Source of the DNA: Bryobacterales bacterium
Lineage (GTDB): Bacteria > Acidobacteriota > Terriglobia > Bryobacterales > UBA6623
Length of the DNA stretch: 64,000 nucleotides
Assembly: GCA_965248305.1 (NCBI GenBank)
Contig: OZ252099.1
Coordinates: 4,785,981 to 4,849,980 of the forward strand
Direction of reading: 5' to 3'
Numbering within the stretch: position 1 is the first letter of the stretch; each line of letters starts with the position of its first letter. Positions 60,817-64,000 of this stretch are shown here, in pieces. Position numbers and translations under genes: made by a program. The notes under the pieces are model-generated. The model ran no database searches. It was given only the letters and a program-made list of their open reading frames with translations, and was not told where the DNA came from.

Positions 60817-63651
60817 TCACGGTACATCGATTCGCGTACGCTTCCCGCCGTGGACGGAGGGTTCGGCGCACCACTGCTGGCGCAGCAGGTCTAGCCCCTC
60901 CTGCAGGCCGAGATCGAGTTGCAGCAGACTCGTGACTCCGAACAGCAAGTCACGGTCGAGGGCCTTGCGCGTCTCGTCGTGCCACGCCTCATTGGCGGGC
61001 AGGAACTCGCGATTCTGCAAGTTGTCGAAGATCGCACGGCAGTGATCCAGCTGCTGATCTGTCAGCGTGCGGGGGTCGAGCACAGGAAGGTCGGGAATCG
61101 CTGTGATCGTCATATTTGAACGGCCCATCTGCTGGCGCGTGCCCTTCCACCAGTGCATGAGCAGACCCAATGTCGAATTGCACCATAGCAGCAGCGGAAT
61201 CTCGTAACGCTCGTCCCTGGGCACAATGTTCGGCCATGCCCTGCCCCCGAGGCATTTCTCCGGCGTGAGGCACATGCCGAGGCTCTGGGAGTTCAACCGG
61301 AAGTCCAAGTTGGCGTGCAGGCGGGATGCCGTGCGATTCCAGCGCTCGGCGGCTCGCGTTTCGTCACCCGGGCGCGGATCTCCGCAGGAGTCGGCCTGCA
61401 CGACGAACTGGCGCTCCCGGTCGGCGGAATGGGCCCAGAGCAGCGGGTAGGTCGGCACCTCGCCCGAGCGGATGGCACGCACGACGAAAGGGCCTCGGGC
61501 CAGTCCTGTCCCATCGTGACGCGTGAAACCGCCGTTGATGTCCCTATGGACCAGGCCTCGCGCCGCTACGGTGCCCAGAGTTACCACGGGCAATCCGATC
61601 GCTTGCGCCTGCCGCGGCAGGCGCAGACTCCCCGCCTCCAGACCACGAGCGGCCTCGATGACGCTTATGGATCGGACGCCCGCTACGCCGCCGTCGAGAA
61701 TGTCGCCCGGCACGGCTCGGCACCTTGCGTCCGTAGCGCCTACGGCTGCTTCCAGCAGGGACGCGGGTCTTGCCGCCAGATTGGAGTATGCCGCGCGGGA
61801 GTTGGCGCCGCTTCGCTTCGTGGCCACGACAAGGCACTCGGCCATGCCTGTGTCTGCGGAGAATGCGCGTGCCGTCGAGCCGGTAGTGGCAATGGACGTG
61901 ACATGAATGTCGCTGTAGTGAGCCTTCAGTGCTTGCCGCGCTCGTTCCCATGACCTGCCTTGGACAAACGCGAACGGAAGCACAAGGGCTAGCACGCCGC
62001 CGTCTTTCAGCTTGCGGTGTCCCAGGTCCATGAAGTTCGACGCGAGGCCGGCGTTGCCGCTGCTGAACGCAGCGGCGGCTTTCTTGAGCTTCCGCCCCAT
62101 CTCTTGCTGCTCGTCATGCGACGTGTTGAAGCCCGCGAACGATGGAACCGGTATCTGGGCATGACCGGCCTCGTGGTTCGTGGGCCTCGTGAACGGGGGG
62201 TTCATGATGACCAGATCGCAGGACGTGTGCTTGATCTTGACGATGTGCCCGCTACGGCTGTCCGACTGCCTGCCGACCATGGACTCGCCCGTGGCGAACA
62301 GGGAGTGGGAATTCTCGGAATCGAGCAGATCGAGTGCTCCGATGTGAGTCCCGGCATTATCGATCCCGTAGGGCATTGTGTGGATCTGGGATTCCCCGTA
62401 GGCGAGCGAGGGGTGGGAACTGGACAGCATGGAGCAAGTGAGATGGGTTGCGGCGGGCATCACGTCCAGCCCGGTCAGAACGCGCTCCATCAGGGTTCGA
62501 TGCAAGTCCTTGTCATCGCCTCCAGCCCTGCGGTAGCGCCGGTAGACTGCACGCTGCGCGGCGGAGAGCAAGGCCCCTGTGCCGCAGGCGAAGTCCGCAA
62601 TCCGCAGGCCTTCGATAGCGGCCCTGTCCGCCCAATCCACATCCAGCCGCTCGACCGCCAGTTCCGCGAGCAAGCAGGCAGATTCAGGCAATGTGTAGAA
62701 GGTGGCGAGGAACTTGCGGTCTGAGATGAGGGTCTGAAACATCCGCCCCGTGAGGTCGTGATAGGTCGTCGCGCCCAGCTGGGCCAAGGCCGAGATGGAC
62801 TCCGCGATGCAGTTCATGACCGGCGGCACGGCTCTGATGGGCAATTCTTCCACGAGGGCGCGGGCAATGCTAAAGATCGGCCAGTAGTTGATTTCCAAGA
62901 TGGCGTTCCATGTCAGCAGAAGCCCCCCCTTGTCGATGGAGCCCGCTAACGGAACAGGAGGGATGTCTGCCTGCCCTTCGATCGCCACGTGAAATACGAA
63001 GGCAGAGACGCAGATAGCCGCTGCCATGCGCTCAGTTTGCTCGCCCGCTGCCTGGTGCAGGTCCTTTGCGATCCGCGCCAGAGGGCCTTCTTCGACGTGC
63101 TTGGCCAGCAGTCCCGCTGCGTTCCGCACCACTTGTTCGAGGGCTTCCGTCCCTCGTGCCAGTTGCCGTTCCGAGAGGGACAGGTACTCGATGGCATCCG
63201 CGAGATCGTCCACGCCCCCTTCAAGCCACTCCGGCCGTGAAGGCCAGCGGATGCTCTCTCCCTTGGCGCCCAGGTAGTGCGTGGCGTAGCGGAACTTGGC
63301 ACTCTCGACGGTTTCGAGGTCGTCTGTCTTGAGGCTCTCCGGCAGAACAACGGACAGCACGCCTTCAATGTCCTCTCCGGTGCTATGCAAGCTCGTTCCC
63401 AGCCTGGCGGTCGCGTCTTGCTCGACTGTGTGAGCAGGTGCGAACTCTGTCTCCACGATCACTGGCTGTCGGCGAGGAGGAGCGATGAGAATATCCGGCC
63501 TCTTGCCTGTACCCGTGCCTGGCAGGGCGTGTTGAATCACCTGGGTCTTCTCGGCGTGGACAGTCCCGTCGTTCCAGTCGGGATTTCGTCGTCTCAGCGC
63601 ACGAGCCAGCGCACCGTTCGCTAACGGTTCGGTGTTGCGCGGGCCACTCAT
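60817..63651 (-). CDS. 944-aa fusion: HsdR-N/PD-(D/E)xK-like N-terminus + gamma-class N6-adenine DNA methyltransferase + TRD-like C-terminus (Type IIG/IIL-like)
   Basis: N-terminus GKRPDILIAPPRRQPVIVETEF (D-x13-E-x-E). The block HDLTGRMFQTLISDRKFLATFYTLPESACLLAELA resembles the FYTP block of amino-MTases. Motif I is IADFACGTGALL and motif IV is VIMNPPFTRP. The tail LLLWCNSTLGLLMHWW...ITAIPDLPVLD resembles the LNS...LPI end of Eco57I/TaqI-C-type TRDs. Confidence 0.8.
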   Translation of the reverse strand: MSGPRNTEPLANGALARALRRRNPDWNDGTVHAEKTQVIQHALPGTGTGKRPDILIAPPRRQPVIVETEFAPAHTVEQDATARLGTSLHSTGEDIEGVLSVVLPESLKTDDLETVESAKFRYATHYLGAKGESIRWPSRPEWLEGGVDDLADAIEYLSLSERQLARGTEALEQVVRNAAGLLAKHVEEGPLARIAKDLHQAAGEQTERMAAAICVSAFVFHVAIEGQADIPPVPLAGSIDKGGLLLTWNAILEINYWPIFSIARALVEELPIRAVPPVMNCIAESISALAQLGATTYHDLTGRMFQTLISDRKFLATFYTLPESACLLAELAVERLDVDWADRAAIEGLRIADFACGTGALLSAAQRAVYRRYRRAGGDDKDLHRTLMERVLTGLDVMPAATHLTCSMLSSSHPSLAYGESQIHTMPYGIDNAGTHIGALDLLDSENSHSLFATGESMVGRQSDSRSGHIVKIKHTSCDLVIMNPPFTRPTNHEAGHAQIPVPSFAGFNTSHDEQQEMGRKLKKAAAAFSSGNAGLASNFMDLGHRKLKDGGVLALVLPFAFVQGRSWERARQALKAHYSDIHVTSIATTGSTARAFSADTGMAECLVVATKRSGANSRAAYSNLAARPASLLEAAVGATDARCRAVPGDILDGGVAGVRSISVIEAARGLEAGSLRLPRQAQAIGLPVVTLGTVAARGLVHRDINGGFTRHDGTGLARGPFVVRAIRSGEVPTYPLLWAHSADRERQFVVQADSCGDPRPGDETRAAERWNRTASRLHANLDFRLNSQSLGMCLTPEKCLGGRAWPNIVPRDERYEIPLLLWCNSTLGLLMHWWKGTRQQMGRSNMTITAIPDLPVLDPRTLTDQQLDHCRAIFDNLQNREFLPANEAWHDETRKALDRDLLFGVTSLLQLDLGLQEGLDLLRQQWCAEPSVHGGKRTRIDVP

Positions 63652-63820
63652 GGGTTCTCGTCCTTCGCCAGCTGATCCTCTGCCGAGGTGCCGTGCTCGG
63701 CCAGCTATTCGCTACCAAGCCAGCGATCAGTCCCATTCTCGCAGGACTTGGCCCAGAACTCAGTTGATGGCCGGCTCGCCGGTTCCCAACATCCCGATTC
63801 CGCCTTCCGGCGACTCCCTC

Positions 63821-64000
63821 TCATGCCCCCAAGTCCCGATACTTGAGCCGTTTTCCGACCATGCCAAGAACGATCGCCCGCGTCTGCTCCGGCGTGTCGA
63901 TCTGCCTGTCGTTGCGCCGTCCATCGGGACCGCCAAGACCTAGTTCGTCCCTCGGTCCTAGATGCCGACTCCAGCCGCCTTCCAGACAGGGCCGCGGCCG
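63821..64000 (-). CDS. 3' end of an unidentified gene continuing beyond the window (last 59 codons)
   Basis: My own translation of the minus strand, open from nt 64000, gives RPRPCLEGGWSRHLGPRDELGLGGPDGRRNDRQIDTPEQTRAIVLGMVGKRLKYRDLGA, ending in TGA at 63821-63823. It is too short for the supplied ORF track and lies 169 nt upstream of the 944-aa gene. Confidence 0.5.
   Translation of the reverse strand, partial: RPRPCLEGGWSRHLGPRDELGLGGPDGRRNDRQIDTPEQTRAIVLGMVGKRLKYRDLGA

Overview
High-GC bacterial chromosomal window. All family calls below come from reading motifs by eye; no database search was run. The gene content suggests an Acidobacteria- or Planctomycetes-like soil heterotroph, which is an inference only. 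Supporting content includes two tandem PSCyt/DUF1549/DUF1553 + DUF1501 pairs, four intact sulfatases plus two sulfatase fragments, TAT-signal oxidoreductases and PQQ beta-propellers. Housekeeping genes are well supported: rfbB/rfbC, DAHP synthase, copA, hom, guaA, groES/groEL, trpG/pabA and fhs. The conserved backbone is interrupted by four decayed or accessory patches. (1) 1.4-4.6 kb: an IS1634-family element inserted among gene fragments. (2) 26.8-30.3 kb: a stand-alone AAA+/DUF4143 ATPase next to a frameshifted second IS1634 copy. (3) 48.2-52.6 kb: a truncated IS1595 transposase abutting a truncated C5-cytosine methyltransferase, then vapBC, then an IS4-superfamily element with a perfect 9-bp target duplication that splits a decayed biotin-carboxylase gene. 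(4) 57.6-64 kb: a truncated sulfatase, a Tn5-like transposase pseudogene, and a minus-strand gene string running off the window. That string is the best candidate for an undescribed system. It comprises a partial upstream gene, a 944-aa protein with an HsdR-N/PD-(D/E)xK-like N-terminus fused to an N6-adenine methyltransferase, a 56-aa AT-hook-like ORF in frame just after its TGA stop, and two coiled-coil/TM mini-ORFs separated by an in-frame TAG. Another notable item is an in-frame 81-bp tandem duplication inside guaA. No rRNA, tRNA or CRISPR array was found.
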